A stretch of 64,000 nucleotides of DNA from an uncultured Gammaproteobacteria bacterium (lineage in GTDB: Bacteria > Patescibacteriota > Patescibacteriia > UBA1558 > GWA2-36-10), in contig CAZRZA010000002.1 in the NCBI GenBank assembly GCA_964604515.1, positions 1,607 through 65,606 on the forward strand, written 5' to 3'. The notes below the pieces were generated by a model. It was not told the DNA's origin, made no database searches, and worked only from the letters and a program-made list of their open reading frames with translations. Every line of letters begins with the position of its first letter. The stretch's first letter is position 1. This document shows positions 51,023-59,895 of the stretch, one piece after another. The position numbers and the translations under genes were made by a program.

Positions 51023-52792
51023 AGATCTTTTTCTTTCATTTTCTTTCAAAAACTGCTTCCTTAACCTTATGTTTTCGGGGGTTATTTCTAAGTACTCATC
51101 TTCGGAAATAATTTCTAAGCCTTTTTCAATATTTAAAATATTAGGAGGAGCTAAGCTAATAGCTTCATCAGCTCCAGAGCTTCTCATATTACTTAATTGT
51201 TTACCTTTAGTTGGATTAACAACCATATCTAATCCTTTAGCAGTATTACCAATTACCATTCCTTCATAAACTTCCATACCAGGACCTATGTATAGGCTAC
51301 CACGGTCTTGTAAATTAAAGAGAGAGAATCCCAAGGCTTTTCCTGTAGCCATAGAAATCATAGAACCAACATTACGTTTTTTAATATTACCAGTATAAGG
51401 ACGATAGCCGATAGATCTAGAGCATAGTATTCCTTCGCCACGAGTATCAACTGTAAATTCTCCACGGTATCCTAATAATCCTCTGGTTGGTATTTCGAAT
51501 ATTAATTGCATTTGGTTGTTTTCATTTTTTATACCAGTATTTATACCTTTTCTTTTTCCCATCTTTTCTAAGACAATACCAGAGCTAGACTCAGGAACAT
51601 CTATGGTTACTTCTTCAAATGGTTCTGTTTTTTGACCATCTTTTTCTTCTATTATTACTTGGGGTTGAGATACTTGTAATTCAAAACCCTCTCTTCTCAT
51701 TTGCTCTATTAAGATAGCAGCATGTAACTCACCTCTACTATATACTTTAAAGATATCTCCAGAAAAACTTATTTTTAAACCAACATTTATTTCTAATTCT
51801 TTTTCTAACCTTTCTTTAATTTGTTTACTAGTTACATATTTTCCCTCACGACCAGCAAAAGGAGAATTATTTACTAAAAAATCCAAAGAAATAGTTGGCT
51901 CATCTACAATAATAGCTGGCAATGGTTTTTGTTCTTCGGAAAGACATATTGTTTCTCCAATATCAATATCTGAAAAACCAGCTACCATAACAATATCTCC
52001 GGCTTTAGCTTCAGTCACTTCTTTTCTATTTAGACCATGAAAGGTAAATATTTTAGTAACTTTACCTTTTTTATTTTCACCATTTAATTTCTTAAGAATT
52101 AAATTATTTTTATTATTTAAGCTACCTTCATATATTCTACCAATCGCTAAACGACCCAAGAAGTCATCATAGGCTAAGTTAAAAGCTTGAAATCGCAAAG
52201 GACTTTCTAAGTCTTTTTTGGCTTCAGGAACTTTTTCCAGAATAACATCTAAGAGGGGTATAATATTATCTGATTCATCTGTTAAGTATTTCTTGGCAAT
52301 ACCATTTTTCCCAATAGTATAAACAGTAGTAAAATCTAATTGTTCATTAGTGGCTCCTAATTCAATAAATAAATCAAAAACTTGTTCATGGGCTAGATTA
52401 GGGTTAGCTGCTGGCTTATCAATTTTATTAATAACTACTATTGGTTTTAAGCCTAGCTCTAAAGACTTTTTTAAAACAAATCTTGTTTGAGGCATAGGGC
52501 CCTCTTGAGCATCAACAATTAATAAAACACTGTCAATTGATTTTAATACTCTTTCTACTTCTGAGCCAAAGTCAGCATGCCCAGGAGTATCAATAATATT
52601 AATTTTAGTATCCTTATAGAAAACAGAAGCATTTTTTGAATAAATAGTAATACCACGCTCTTTTTCTAAAGCGTTGGAATCCATACTAATACTATCATCT
52701 GCTATGGAATCTGTTTGTTTTAATATTGCATCAGTTAAAGCTGTTTTACCATGATCAACGTGAGCAATGATTGCTATATTTCTAATTTTCAT
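51017..52792 (-). CDS. typA: translational GTPase TypA/BipA
   Basis: IRNIAIIAHVDHGKTAL, DTPGHADF, NKIDK and the BipA-specific C-terminal domain; start at MKIRN. Confidence 0.93.
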   Translation of the reverse strand: MKIRNIAIIAHVDHGKTALTDAILKQTDSIADDSISMDSNALEKERGITIYSKNASVFYKDTKINIIDTPGHADFGSEVERVLKSIDSVLLIVDAQEGPMPQTRFVLKKSLELGLKPIVVINKIDKPAANPNLAHEQVFDLFIELGATNEQLDFTTVYTIGKNGIAKKYLTDESDNIIPLLDVILEKVPEAKKDLESPLRFQAFNLAYDDFLGRLAIGRIYEGSLNNKNNLILKKLNGENKKGKVTKIFTFHGLNRKEVTEAKAGDIVMVAGFSDIDIGETICLSEEQKPLPAIIVDEPTISLDFLVNNSPFAGREGKYVTSKQIKERLEKELEINVGLKISFSGDIFKVYSRGELHAAILIEQMRREGFELQVSQPQVIIEEKDGQKTEPFEEVTIDVPESSSGIVLEKMGKRKGINTGIKNENNQMQLIFEIPTRGLLGYRGEFTVDTRGEGILCSRSIGYRPYTGNIKKRNVGSMISMATGKALGFSLFNLQDRGSLYIGPGMEVYEGMVIGNTAKGLDMVVNPTKGKQLSNMRSSGADEAISLAPPNILNIEKGLEIISEDEYLEITPENIRLRKQFLKENERKRSK

Positions 52793-52834
52793 AAGTTTAG
52801 ATACTAACAGAAATATAGTAATATAGCAAGGCAT

Positions 52835-53410
52835 TTAGTCTGTAGAACCAAGTTTAAAAACTTTATTTAACCAAATCTTTTTCTTTTCTTTATCTGCTTT
52901 AAAGACTGGACCTATTTTAGTTATTTTAATAGGCTTAAAACCAGAGTATTTTAAAATACTATTTTTTATTATTTTTATTCCTGGATTACCAAATAATAGT
53001 TGACTTAAAAAGGGAGAGGCATCCATAGTTATTATTATACGAGCGCTTTTATTTTTTAATAAACCAACAGGCTTTCCTTTAATATATTTTACAGCAAAAC
53101 CAGTGGTTAAGGCCCTGTCTATAAAACCTTTTAAAAGAGCAGGCATAAAACCCCACCAAAGAGGATAAATAAACACTATATGATTCGCCCACTCTATATC
53201 TTTTCTAGCTTTAATTAAGTCTATTTCTAATTTTTGTTGACCTTTTTTTTCTTTTCTAAAATTAGAATCAAATTTTAAATTAGCTACTTCTATTAATTTA
53301 GTTTTTGCAGACGAAAATTTAGCTCCAGAAAGGTATGAATTAGCCAAAGCAGAACAAAAACTATTTGTTCTAGGATGTCCCAAGATAATTAATACTTTTT
53401 TCATATTCAT
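52835..53410 (-). CDS. flavodoxin-fold NAD(P)H dehydrogenase (quinone)/FMN reductase-like protein
   Basis: MKKVLIILGHPRTNSF...HIVFIYPLWWGFMPALLKGFIDR typical of Flavodoxin_2 (MdaB/KefF-like) family. Confidence 0.65.
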   Translation of the reverse strand: MNMKKVLIILGHPRTNSFCSALANSYLSGAKFSSAKTKLIEVANLKFDSNFRKEKKGQQKLEIDLIKARKDIEWANHIVFIYPLWWGFMPALLKGFIDRALTTGFAVKYIKGKPVGLLKNKSARIIITMDASPFLSQLLFGNPGIKIIKNSILKYSGFKPIKITKIGPVFKADKEKKKIWLNKVFKLGSTD

Positions 53411-53420
53411 ATTATAGCAT

Positions 53421-53451
53421 TAAATAAAAGAACCACCTAAGGTGGTTCTTT
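53421..53451 (-). terminator. Rho-independent terminator (minus strand) after the RGG/zinc-ribbon gene
   Basis: aaagaaccacc-ttag-gtggttcttt followed on the minus strand by ttttattt. Confidence 0.55.
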
Positions 53452-53459
53452 ATATGAAT

Positions 53460-53960
53460 TTATTTTTTCTTCTTTACTACCTTTTTCTTTACTACTTTCT
53501 TAGCAGGAGCTTTCTTCTTTACTACCTTTTTCTTTACTACTTTCTTAGCAGGAGCTTTCTTCTCTTTTGTGGTTATTTTTTTAGCAGGAGTTTTTTCTCC
53601 TAAAACCTTGATAAGTTCATCGAGTTTATAATTTAAGGCTTTAATACCCTTTAATATTTCTTCATGACTTTGACCTGATCTATTATCATCCCTATTCTCA
53701 AAACGAGGCTTTCTGTCTCTTCCTCCACCAAATTTATTTTGTCTAGAACTACCACCTTGTTTTTCAAAACAACTACTACAGTAAATAGGTTTATTACCGG
53801 TAGGTTTAAATGGAACCTCACAAGAGGATTGGCAAGCATCACAAATAGCACTATGCATGCTAGGTCTTTGGCTACCACCAAAATTACGTCTAGAATTTCT
53901 ATTATTAAAACCTCCATCTCTTCTTCCTCTATCTCTATTGTCTCTATTAAAGTTTCTCAT
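53460..53960 (-). CDS. RGG-rich / CxxC...CxxC zinc-ribbon / Lys-rich-tail protein (nucleic-acid-binding-like)
   Basis: N-terminal RDNRDRGRRDGGFNNRNSRRNFGG, zinc ribbon CDACQSSCEVPFKPTGNKPIYCSSCF, C-terminal KKAPAKKVVKKKVVK x2. Confidence 0.5.
   Translation of the reverse strand: MRNFNRDNRDRGRRDGGFNNRNSRRNFGGSQRPSMHSAICDACQSSCEVPFKPTGNKPIYCSSCFEKQGGSSRQNKFGGGRDRKPRFENRDDNRSGQSHEEILKGIKALNYKLDELIKVLGEKTPAKKITTKEKKAPAKKVVKKKVVKKKAPAKKVVKKKVVKKKK
53473..53562. repeat. perfect 45-bp tandem duplication inside the Lys-rich tail coding region
   Basis: tttactacctttttctttactactttcttagcaggagctttcttc repeated twice head-to-tail (15 codons each). Confidence 0.7.
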
Positions 53961-54039
53961 ATTTTATGTTAATTATTATTAATATATCCTAGTATATTTT
54001 AGCTATTTTATCAATAGTTAGTATAGTTTAATAGCTTTA

Positions 54040-54071
54040 CAAATAAAAATCACCTTAAAAGGTGTTTTTTT
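54040..54071. terminator. terminator hairpin ending the minus-strand tRNA operon (also T7 run on plus strand)
   Basis: caccttaaaaggtg hairpin; on the minus strand followed by atttttattt. Confidence 0.5.
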
Positions 54072-54072
54072 G

Positions 54073-54149
54073 TGTGGCTCCGAGGGAGGGATTCGAACCC
54101 ACGGCCAATTGATTAACAGTCAACTGCTCTACCACTGAGCTACCTCGGA
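54073..54149 (-). tRNA. tRNA-Asn (GUU)
   Basis: Reverse complement TCCGAGGTAGCTCAGTGGTAGAGCAGTTGACTGTTAATCAATTGGCCGTGGGTTCGAATCCCTCCCTCGGAGCCA; anticodon loop CTGTTAA; one U-U mismatch in T-stem. Confidence 0.75.
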
Positions 54150-54150
54150 T

Positions 54151-54227
54151 TGGTAGCGGGGGTCGGACTTGAACCGACGACCTCCAGGTTATGGGCCTGG
54201 CGAGCTGCCAACTGCTCTACCCCGCGT
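54151..54227 (-). tRNA. initiator tRNA-fMet (CAU)
   Basis: Reverse complement CGCGGGGTAGAGCAGTTGGCAGCTCGCCAGGCCCATAACCTGGAGGTCGTCGGTTCAAGTCCGACCCCCGCTACCA; near-identical acceptor/T-arm to E. coli tRNA-fMet; unpaired 1:72 (C-U). Confidence 0.8.
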
Positions 54228-54277
54228 CATGTGATGATGTCTAGTATATGTTAAAATTATATATTTGACAAGCCTAA

Positions 54278-54354
54278 TGGTAGCAGGGGCGAGAATTGAA
54301 CTCGCGACCTCAGGCTTATGAGTCCTGCGCTCTAACCAACTGAGCTACCCTGCC
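54278..54354 (-). tRNA. elongator tRNA with CAU anticodon (Met or Ile2/lysidine)
   Basis: Reverse complement GGCAGGGTAGCTCAGTTGGTTAGAGCGCAGGACTCATAAGCCTGAGGTCGCGAGTTCAATTCTCGCCCCTGCTACCA; G1-U72 paired so not an initiator. Confidence 0.75.
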
Positions 54355-54362
54355 AAATGCAT

Positions 54363-54449
54363 TGGTACCGAAGGAGGGAGTCGAACCCACACCCTCTTGC
54401 GAGGACTGGATTTTGAATCCAGCGCGTCTACCAATTTCGCCACTTCGGC
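54363..54449 (-). tRNA. tRNA-Leu (CAA)
   Basis: Reverse complement GCCGAAGTGGCGAAATTGGTAGACGCGCTGGATTCAAAATCCAGTCCTCGCAAGAGGGTGTGGGTTCGACTCCCTCCTTCGGTACCA; long variable arm; 5' half identical to E. coli tRNA-Leu(CAA). Confidence 0.85.
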
Positions 54450-54465
54450 ATACCAGACAAAGACT

Positions 54466-54494
54466 ATTTTACAATATAATAGCAATATAGTCAA
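54466..54494 (-). promoter_or_regulatory. sigma-70 promoter for the tRNA operon (minus strand): TTGACT-17-TAAAAT
   Basis: Minus-strand ttgactatattgctattatattgtaaaat; -10 ends about 16 nt upstream of the tRNA-Leu 5' end. Confidence 0.55.
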
Positions 54495-54503
54495 TATTAT
54501 TAA

Positions 54504-54531
54504 TTGACAAATGTATATAGCGGTGTATAAT
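54504..54531 (+). promoter_or_regulatory. perfect consensus sigma-70 promoter TTGACA-17-TATAAT
   Basis: ttgacaaatgtatatagcggtgtataat, about 40 nt upstream of the SD/ATG of ORF 54573. Confidence 0.6.
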
Positions 54532-54572
54532 AATTTATTAGTTTTTGTACATTAAAAAAAGGAGAAGAGAAA

Positions 54573-54809
54573 ATGGAAAAAGAAAGAAACCCAGGAACCT
54601 TTGGTAATCGTTGTAGGCGTTGCGGTAGTTTTTTAGATGAAGGCGGTGTTTGTCAATGCTATGATCATGAAGAGGGTTGTCCTTTAATGCCAGATAGTGC
54701 ATTTTACAGAAAAATAAATTCAAGAGTAATAAAAAGAATTTGCTCTATTTGTAATGGTAAGCCATGCATTTGCAGTGTTTTAAAAGGAACTGGAATTTCA
54801 TTAAGCTAA
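54573..54809 (+). CDS. small Cys-rich protein (10 Cys in 78 aa)
   Basis: Strong SD aaaggagaagag 7 nt before ATG; CRRCGS...CQCYDHEEGCP...CSICNGKPCICS. Confidence 0.45.
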   Translation: MEKERNPGTFGNRCRRCGSFLDEGGVCQCYDHEEGCPLMPDSAFYRKINSRVIKRICSICNGKPCICSVLKGTGISLS

Positions 54810-54813
54810 ATAA

Positions 54814-54845
54814 TAAAGGTCTTTATAATAATAGAGGCCTTTTTA
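54814..54845 (+). terminator. Rho-independent terminator
   Basis: aaaggtcttt-ataataat-agaggccttt followed by tt. Confidence 0.5.
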
Positions 54846-54909
54846 ATTTTAAAACTTTATTTATTTAGATATTTTTGTTATTATTATAATAGTTTAAATA
54901 ATAAAAAAT

Positions 54910-55983
54910 ATGAATATTTTAGAAACATTTTCTCAGTTTAATTTAGGTTCTAATACAGGCTTAGATTATTTTTATGCTTTTTTAATTTTTTTAGCTAGTT
55001 TAATGGTTTTAAAGATTTTTCAAATCATAATATTAAATAGATTGTCTAAGCTAGCTCAGAAAACTAAAACAGATTTAGATGATGCTTTAATAGGTACCTT
55101 TAGAGATATTAGGCCTCCTTTTTATTTTTTAATATCTTTATATTTAAGTGTTAAAAGCTTAATACTTCCTCTTTTACTTTTAAAGATATTAAAAGTATTG
55201 CTTATTGTAGTTGTTGTCTATGAAGTAATTAGAGCCATAGAAAAGGTTTTAGATTATTTAATTAATTTATACTTTTCTAAAAAAGACAATAAAGACATTT
55301 CAATACATAGTAAAGCGATGATTAAAACTCTCCAAGGCATTATCAAGGCTTTTCTTTGGTTAATTGGTATAATTTTAATTTTATCTAATTTAGGTATTAA
55401 TATTACATCTTTAGTAGCTAGCTTAGGTATTGGTGGTATCGCTATTGCCTTAGCATTAAAGAATATTATTAGTGATATTCTTTCTTCTTTCTCTATTTAT
55501 ATAGACAAACCATTTGAAGTAGGTGATTTTATTGCTTTAGGGACAGATAAAGGAACTGTAGAAAAGATAGGATTAAAGAGTACTAGAATAAAAACACCTC
55601 AGGGTGAAGAGTTGGTAATACCTAATCAAGAATTAACTTCTGTTAGGGTTCAGAACTTTAGAAAAATGAAAGAGAGAAGAGCTTCTTTTAATTTAGGTGT
55701 TGTTTATGGTACTTCACAAATGAAATTAAAATCTATACCAAGAATTATTAAAGAAATAATAAAGAAAGAGAAATTAGCTAAATTTGATCGTTGTTATTTT
55801 ACTACCTTTGGAGACTTCTCTCTAATATATGAAGTTGTTTTTTATATTAATAGTAGGGAGTATGTAGATTTTTTAAAAACTAAACATAAAATTAATTTAG
55901 AAATATATAAACAATTTGAAAAAGAAGGGATAGAATTTGCTTATCCAACGCAAACATTAGTAGTTGATAAAGTAAATGACTAA
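54910..55983 (+). CDS. mscS: small-conductance mechanosensitive channel (MscS family)
   Basis: Three N-terminal TM helices, pore helix ASLGIGGIAIALALKNIISDILSS, beta-domain FEVGDFIALGTDKGTVEKIGLKSTRIKTPQGE. Confidence 0.85.
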   Translation: MNILETFSQFNLGSNTGLDYFYAFLIFLASLMVLKIFQIIILNRLSKLAQKTKTDLDDALIGTFRDIRPPFYFLISLYLSVKSLILPLLLLKILKVLLIVVVVYEVIRAIEKVLDYLINLYFSKKDNKDISIHSKAMIKTLQGIIKAFLWLIGIILILSNLGINITSLVASLGIGGIAIALALKNIISDILSSFSIYIDKPFEVGDFIALGTDKGTVEKIGLKSTRIKTPQGEELVIPNQELTSVRVQNFRKMKERRASFNLGVVYGTSQMKLKSIPRIIKEIIKKEKLAKFDRCYFTTFGDFSLIYEVVFYINSREYVDFLKTKHKINLEIYKQFEKEGIEFAYPTQTLVVDKVND

Positions 55984-56746
55984 AATTTTATCTTTAAATG
56001 TAAATGGAATAAGAGCTGCAGAGAGAAAAGGTTTTTTGTCTTGGTTAAATGAAGAATCCCCAGATATTATTTGCTTACAAGAAACTAAAGTTCATGATCC
56101 AGAAATATTAAGCGAAGAACTATTACAGCCAAATGGTTATAATGCTTTTTGGTCTTGTGCTACAGAGAGAAAAGGGTATAGTGGGGTGGTTATATATTCT
56201 AAGAAAAAACCCTTAAGCATTAAAACTAGTTTTGGTAATAGTATACTTTCTAAAGAAGGAAGAATGATTTTAGCAGAATATGATAAATACTACTTAATTA
56301 ACTTATATTTTCCTAATGGAGGCATGAGTCAAGCTCGAGCAGATTATAAATTAGAATTTTACAGACTATTCCTTAATTATATAAAAAAATTAGACAAGAA
56401 AAAACCTATTATCTTTTGTGGTGATATTAATACTGCTCATCAAGAAATAGACTTAGCAAGACCAAAAGAAAATAGCAAACATACAGGATTCTTACCCATA
56501 GAAAGAGAGTGGTTGTCTAAGTGGATAGCTACTGGATTTTTAGATACTTTTCGTATCTTACATCCTCAGGATAAAGAGGAATATTCTTGGTGGGATATGA
56601 AGACCAGAGCTCGAGAAAGAAATATTGGTTGGCGTATTGATTATTTTTTTATTAGCAAAAGATTAGAAAAGAACTTAAAAGAAGCTTTTATAATGCAAGA
56701 TGTAATAGGCTCTGATCATTGTCCAGTAGGCATAATATTAAAATAA
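55976..56746 (+). CDS. xth: exodeoxyribonuclease III (AP endonuclease)
   Basis: LSLNVNGIRAA, CLQETK, GDINTAHQEIDL, SDHCPV. Confidence 0.9.
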   Translation: MTKILSLNVNGIRAAERKGFLSWLNEESPDIICLQETKVHDPEILSEELLQPNGYNAFWSCATERKGYSGVVIYSKKKPLSIKTSFGNSILSKEGRMILAEYDKYYLINLYFPNGGMSQARADYKLEFYRLFLNYIKKLDKKKPIIFCGDINTAHQEIDLARPKENSKHTGFLPIEREWLSKWIATGFLDTFRILHPQDKEEYSWWDMKTRARERNIGWRIDYFFISKRLEKNLKEAFIMQDVIGSDHCPVGIILK

Positions 56747-56749
56747 TTT

Positions 56750-57949
56750 ATGAAAAAATACCTATTAATTATATTATCAATAGTAATAATTAGTATTCCT
56801 ATATATTTAAAGCCCTGGGCATCAGAAGAGAAAGAAGTAGATGTAATGGCTGAAGCATTAGATAGAGAAATTATTTTAGAAATTAAAGCAGGGGACACCT
56901 TCTCTTCTTTAACAGCTCAAGCTGGTTTGAGTCATGAATTAATGTCAGAATTATTATTAGCTAGTACAGATATTTATAATTTAGCTACTATTAGGGTTGG
57001 CAAAGAAATAATATTTATTTTTGATGCTTTTAATGAAGAATTTAAAAAATTAATTTATCCTATTGATACAGAAGAAGAATTGTATATTTATAAGGATAAA
57101 TTAGGCGAATATTTAGCAGAAAGAGAAGAGATAGAATATGAAATTAGATTAAAAACTGTAGAGGGTAGTATAGAAACCTCTTTATATGAATCAGCTTTAG
57201 AACAGGAAGTAGATATTAGAGCTATTATTGCTTTAGCAGATGTTTTTGCTTGGACCATTGACTTTGGCATGGGCATTAGAAAGGGTGATACTTATAAATT
57301 TATTTTTGAAGAAAGATATAGAGAAGGAGAGTATATAATGCCTGGCAAAATAATAGCTGCTCGTTTTTTAAATGATAATAAATTAATAGAAGGATACTAT
57401 TTTCAGGAAGGATTAGATGACAATGATAAATTAATAGAAGGCTATTATGATCCCGAAGGAGCTTCTTTACAAAAAATATTCTTAAAGAATCCAGTTAATT
57501 TTAAATACATTAGCTCAGGATACACTACTGGCCGAAGATATATATCTGCCTTTAATGTTAGCACTGGACATAGAGCAATAGATTACGCTGCTAATTATGG
57601 CACACCAATTAGAGCGGTTGGAAACGGCACCATTACTTCAGCTGGGTGGAATACCCAGGGCTATGGTAATTTAATAAGTATTAGGCATAATAGTGTTTAT
57701 AGTACAAATTATGCTCATTTAAGCAAGGTTTATGTTAATTATGGTCAAAGTATTGAGCAGGGACAGATAATTGGCACTGTTGGCTCAACAGGCTTTTCTA
57801 CTGGCCCTCATTTACACTTTGAAATGGTAAAGAATGGTACTAAAATTAATCCTAGTACTGTAGACTTACCATCTGACAAATCAATTTCTGAAGAAAAGAT
57901 GATAGAATTTAAAAAAGTAATTAAGAAATGGGAAAAAGAATTGGAATAA
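56750..57949 (+). CDS. M23 family metallopeptidase (peptidoglycan endopeptidase) with N-terminal TM and LysM/OapA-like region
   Basis: HRAIDYAANYGTPIRAVGNGTI...GYGNLISIRH...GSTGFSTGPHLHFEM. Confidence 0.85.
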   Translation: MKKYLLIILSIVIISIPIYLKPWASEEKEVDVMAEALDREIILEIKAGDTFSSLTAQAGLSHELMSELLLASTDIYNLATIRVGKEIIFIFDAFNEEFKKLIYPIDTEEELYIYKDKLGEYLAEREEIEYEIRLKTVEGSIETSLYESALEQEVDIRAIIALADVFAWTIDFGMGIRKGDTYKFIFEERYREGEYIMPGKIIAARFLNDNKLIEGYYFQEGLDDNDKLIEGYYDPEGASLQKIFLKNPVNFKYISSGYTTGRRYISAFNVSTGHRAIDYAANYGTPIRAVGNGTITSAGWNTQGYGNLISIRHNSVYSTNYAHLSKVYVNYGQSIEQGQIIGTVGSTGFSTGPHLHFEMVKNGTKINPSTVDLPSDKSISEEKMIEFKKVIKKWEKELE

Positions 57950-57950
57950 T

Positions 57951-58223
57951 ATGAAATATAGAATAAAACCTTTTCCTAAAAAAAGAGAATTGAGGTTTAA
58001 AAAAGAGAAAGAAATTAAAAAGAATGAATCGCATTTTAATTTTAGACGCCAACAATATACCCTATCATATCGTTTAAGGGGTTTGGCGTTTGGTTTAATT
58101 ATAGCTGGTATTTGGTATTATTTTTTCTTAGAACATTGGTCTTCTTATATTTTAATTATTCCTCCTATTTTTGGATATTTCCTAGGCTATTTAACGGGTA
58201 ATTTTTTATATACTAAAAAATAA
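57951..58223 (+). CDS. small membrane protein
   Basis: 90 aa, basic N-terminus and two TM helices. Confidence 0.3.
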   Translation: MKYRIKPFPKKRELRFKKEKEIKKNESHFNFRRQQYTLSYRLRGLAFGLIIAGIWYYFFLEHWSSYILIIPPIFGYFLGYLTGNFLYTKK

Positions 58224-58267
58224 TAAACTTCTTGTTTATCTTTCTTTTATTATGTATAATAGAATAG

Positions 58268-59032
58268 ATGTCTAGAATAATTTCTATAGTTAATCAAAAG
58301 GGTGGCGTAGGTAAAACTACTACTACTATAAATTTAGCGTCTTGGCTAGCAGAATTAGGCAAGCGTATTTTAATTATTGACATAGATCCTCAAGGCAACG
58401 CTTCTTCTGGACTAGGCATTGATCATCATAATCTTCAGAGGGGATTATATGAGGTATTATTAGATGATAATATAAGGATTAGAGAAGTAATTAAAGCTTA
58501 TAAACCTAATTTCCATATTTTACCAGCAACTGCTGATTTAGCAGGAGCTAGTATAGAATTAGTAGAAAAAGAAAATAGAGAATTTAGATTAAAAGAAGAA
58601 TTAAATCAAATAGATAATCTTTATGATTTTATTTTAATAGATAATCCTCCTTCCTTAGGACTGTTAACTATCAATGGTTTAACAGCTGCACAAGAGGTAT
58701 TGATACCTGTGCAATGCGAGTATTATGCTTTAGAAGGGTTATCACAGTTATTAAGTACAATTAATTTAATAAAAGAACATTTACACCCGGATTTAAAAAT
58801 ATTAGGAGCTATTATGACTATGTATGATAATCGTAATAAGTTATCTGCCGCAGTATTTCAAGAGCTATACCAACATTTTCCTCATAAAGTTTTTCGAACA
58901 GTAATACCTCGTAATGTCACTTTAGCAGAAGCTCCTTCTCATGGTTTGCCGGTTAAAGATTATGATGCTAATTCTGCAGGAGCTAGGGCTTATCGTCGCT
59001 TAGCACAAGAAATTATTTTAGAAAACAATTAA
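58268..59032 (+). CDS. parA: chromosome partitioning ATPase ParA/Soj
   Basis: Deviant Walker A KGGVGKTTTTINLA, DIDPQGNAS, IDNPPSL. Confidence 0.9.
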   Translation: MSRIISIVNQKGGVGKTTTTINLASWLAELGKRILIIDIDPQGNASSGLGIDHHNLQRGLYEVLLDDNIRIREVIKAYKPNFHILPATADLAGASIELVEKENREFRLKEELNQIDNLYDFILIDNPPSLGLLTINGLTAAQEVLIPVQCEYYALEGLSQLLSTINLIKEHLHPDLKILGAIMTMYDNRNKLSAAVFQELYQHFPHKVFRTVIPRNVTLAEAPSHGLPVKDYDANSAGARAYRRLAQEIILENN

Positions 59033-59043
59033 AATAAAAATAT

Positions 59044-59895
59044 ATGTCAACTTTAGGAAAAGGTTTAGGGTCTCTAATACCTAATAAAGTAAATAAAGAA
59101 GAAAAAAAAATAAACAATGATTTAGATTCAGAGCACAGAATTGTTTATTTACCTTTAGAAGAAATAGATATTAACCCTTATCAACCTCGTTCTCATTTTG
59201 ATAAAGAAAAATTAGATGAATTAGCAGAGTCGATTAAGAAACATGGTATATTACAACCAATAGTAGTTTCTAAGGTTAATAATAATTATGAATTAATAGC
59301 GGGAGAAAGAAGATTAAGAGCAGCTAAACTTTTAAACTTAGAAGAAGTTCCAGTAATAGTTAGAGAGGTGTCAGATAGGGATAAATTAGAATTATCTATT
59401 ATTGAAAATATTCAAAGACAGAATTTAAATCCAGTTGAAGAAGGAAAAAGCTATCAAAGATTAATGGAAGAATTTGGTTTAACTCAAGAAGAAATAGCTA
59501 AACAAGTTGGTCGAGGAATATCTATTGTTTCTAGTAGTGTTCGTATTTTAAAATTACCAATTATTATTCAAGAGGCTTTATCTGCCAGACAATTGTCTCT
59601 TTCTCATGCTAAAATTATTTTAACTTATCCTAATAAGTTAGAACAAATCAAAATATTTAAAAAAATACTTAAAAATGATTTAAGTATTAGGCAATTAAAG
59701 AATATTTCTGGTAAAGAAATAGAAAAGATAAATGAAAAGAAAGCAAAAGACCCTATCATTACTTCTTGGGAAGATAAATTAACCAAAGCTTTAGGTTCTA
59801 AGGTTAAAATAAATAAAAAAAGAGAAAGAGGAGATATTAAAATTTCTTTTTTCTCTAATGAAGAATTAAAAAATATCTTAGATAAATTAGAATAA
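59044..59895 (+). CDS. parB: chromosome partitioning protein ParB/Spo0J
   Basis: ParB box GERRLRAAKL, HTH region LTQEEIAKQVGRGISIVSSSVRIL. Confidence 0.9.
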   Translation: MSTLGKGLGSLIPNKVNKEEKKINNDLDSEHRIVYLPLEEIDINPYQPRSHFDKEKLDELAESIKKHGILQPIVVSKVNNNYELIAGERRLRAAKLLNLEEVPVIVREVSDRDKLELSIIENIQRQNLNPVEEGKSYQRLMEEFGLTQEEIAKQVGRGISIVSSSVRILKLPIIIQEALSARQLSLSHAKIILTYPNKLEQIKIFKKILKNDLSIRQLKNISGKEIEKINEKKAKDPIITSWEDKLTKALGSKVKINKKRERGDIKISFFSNEELKNILDKLE

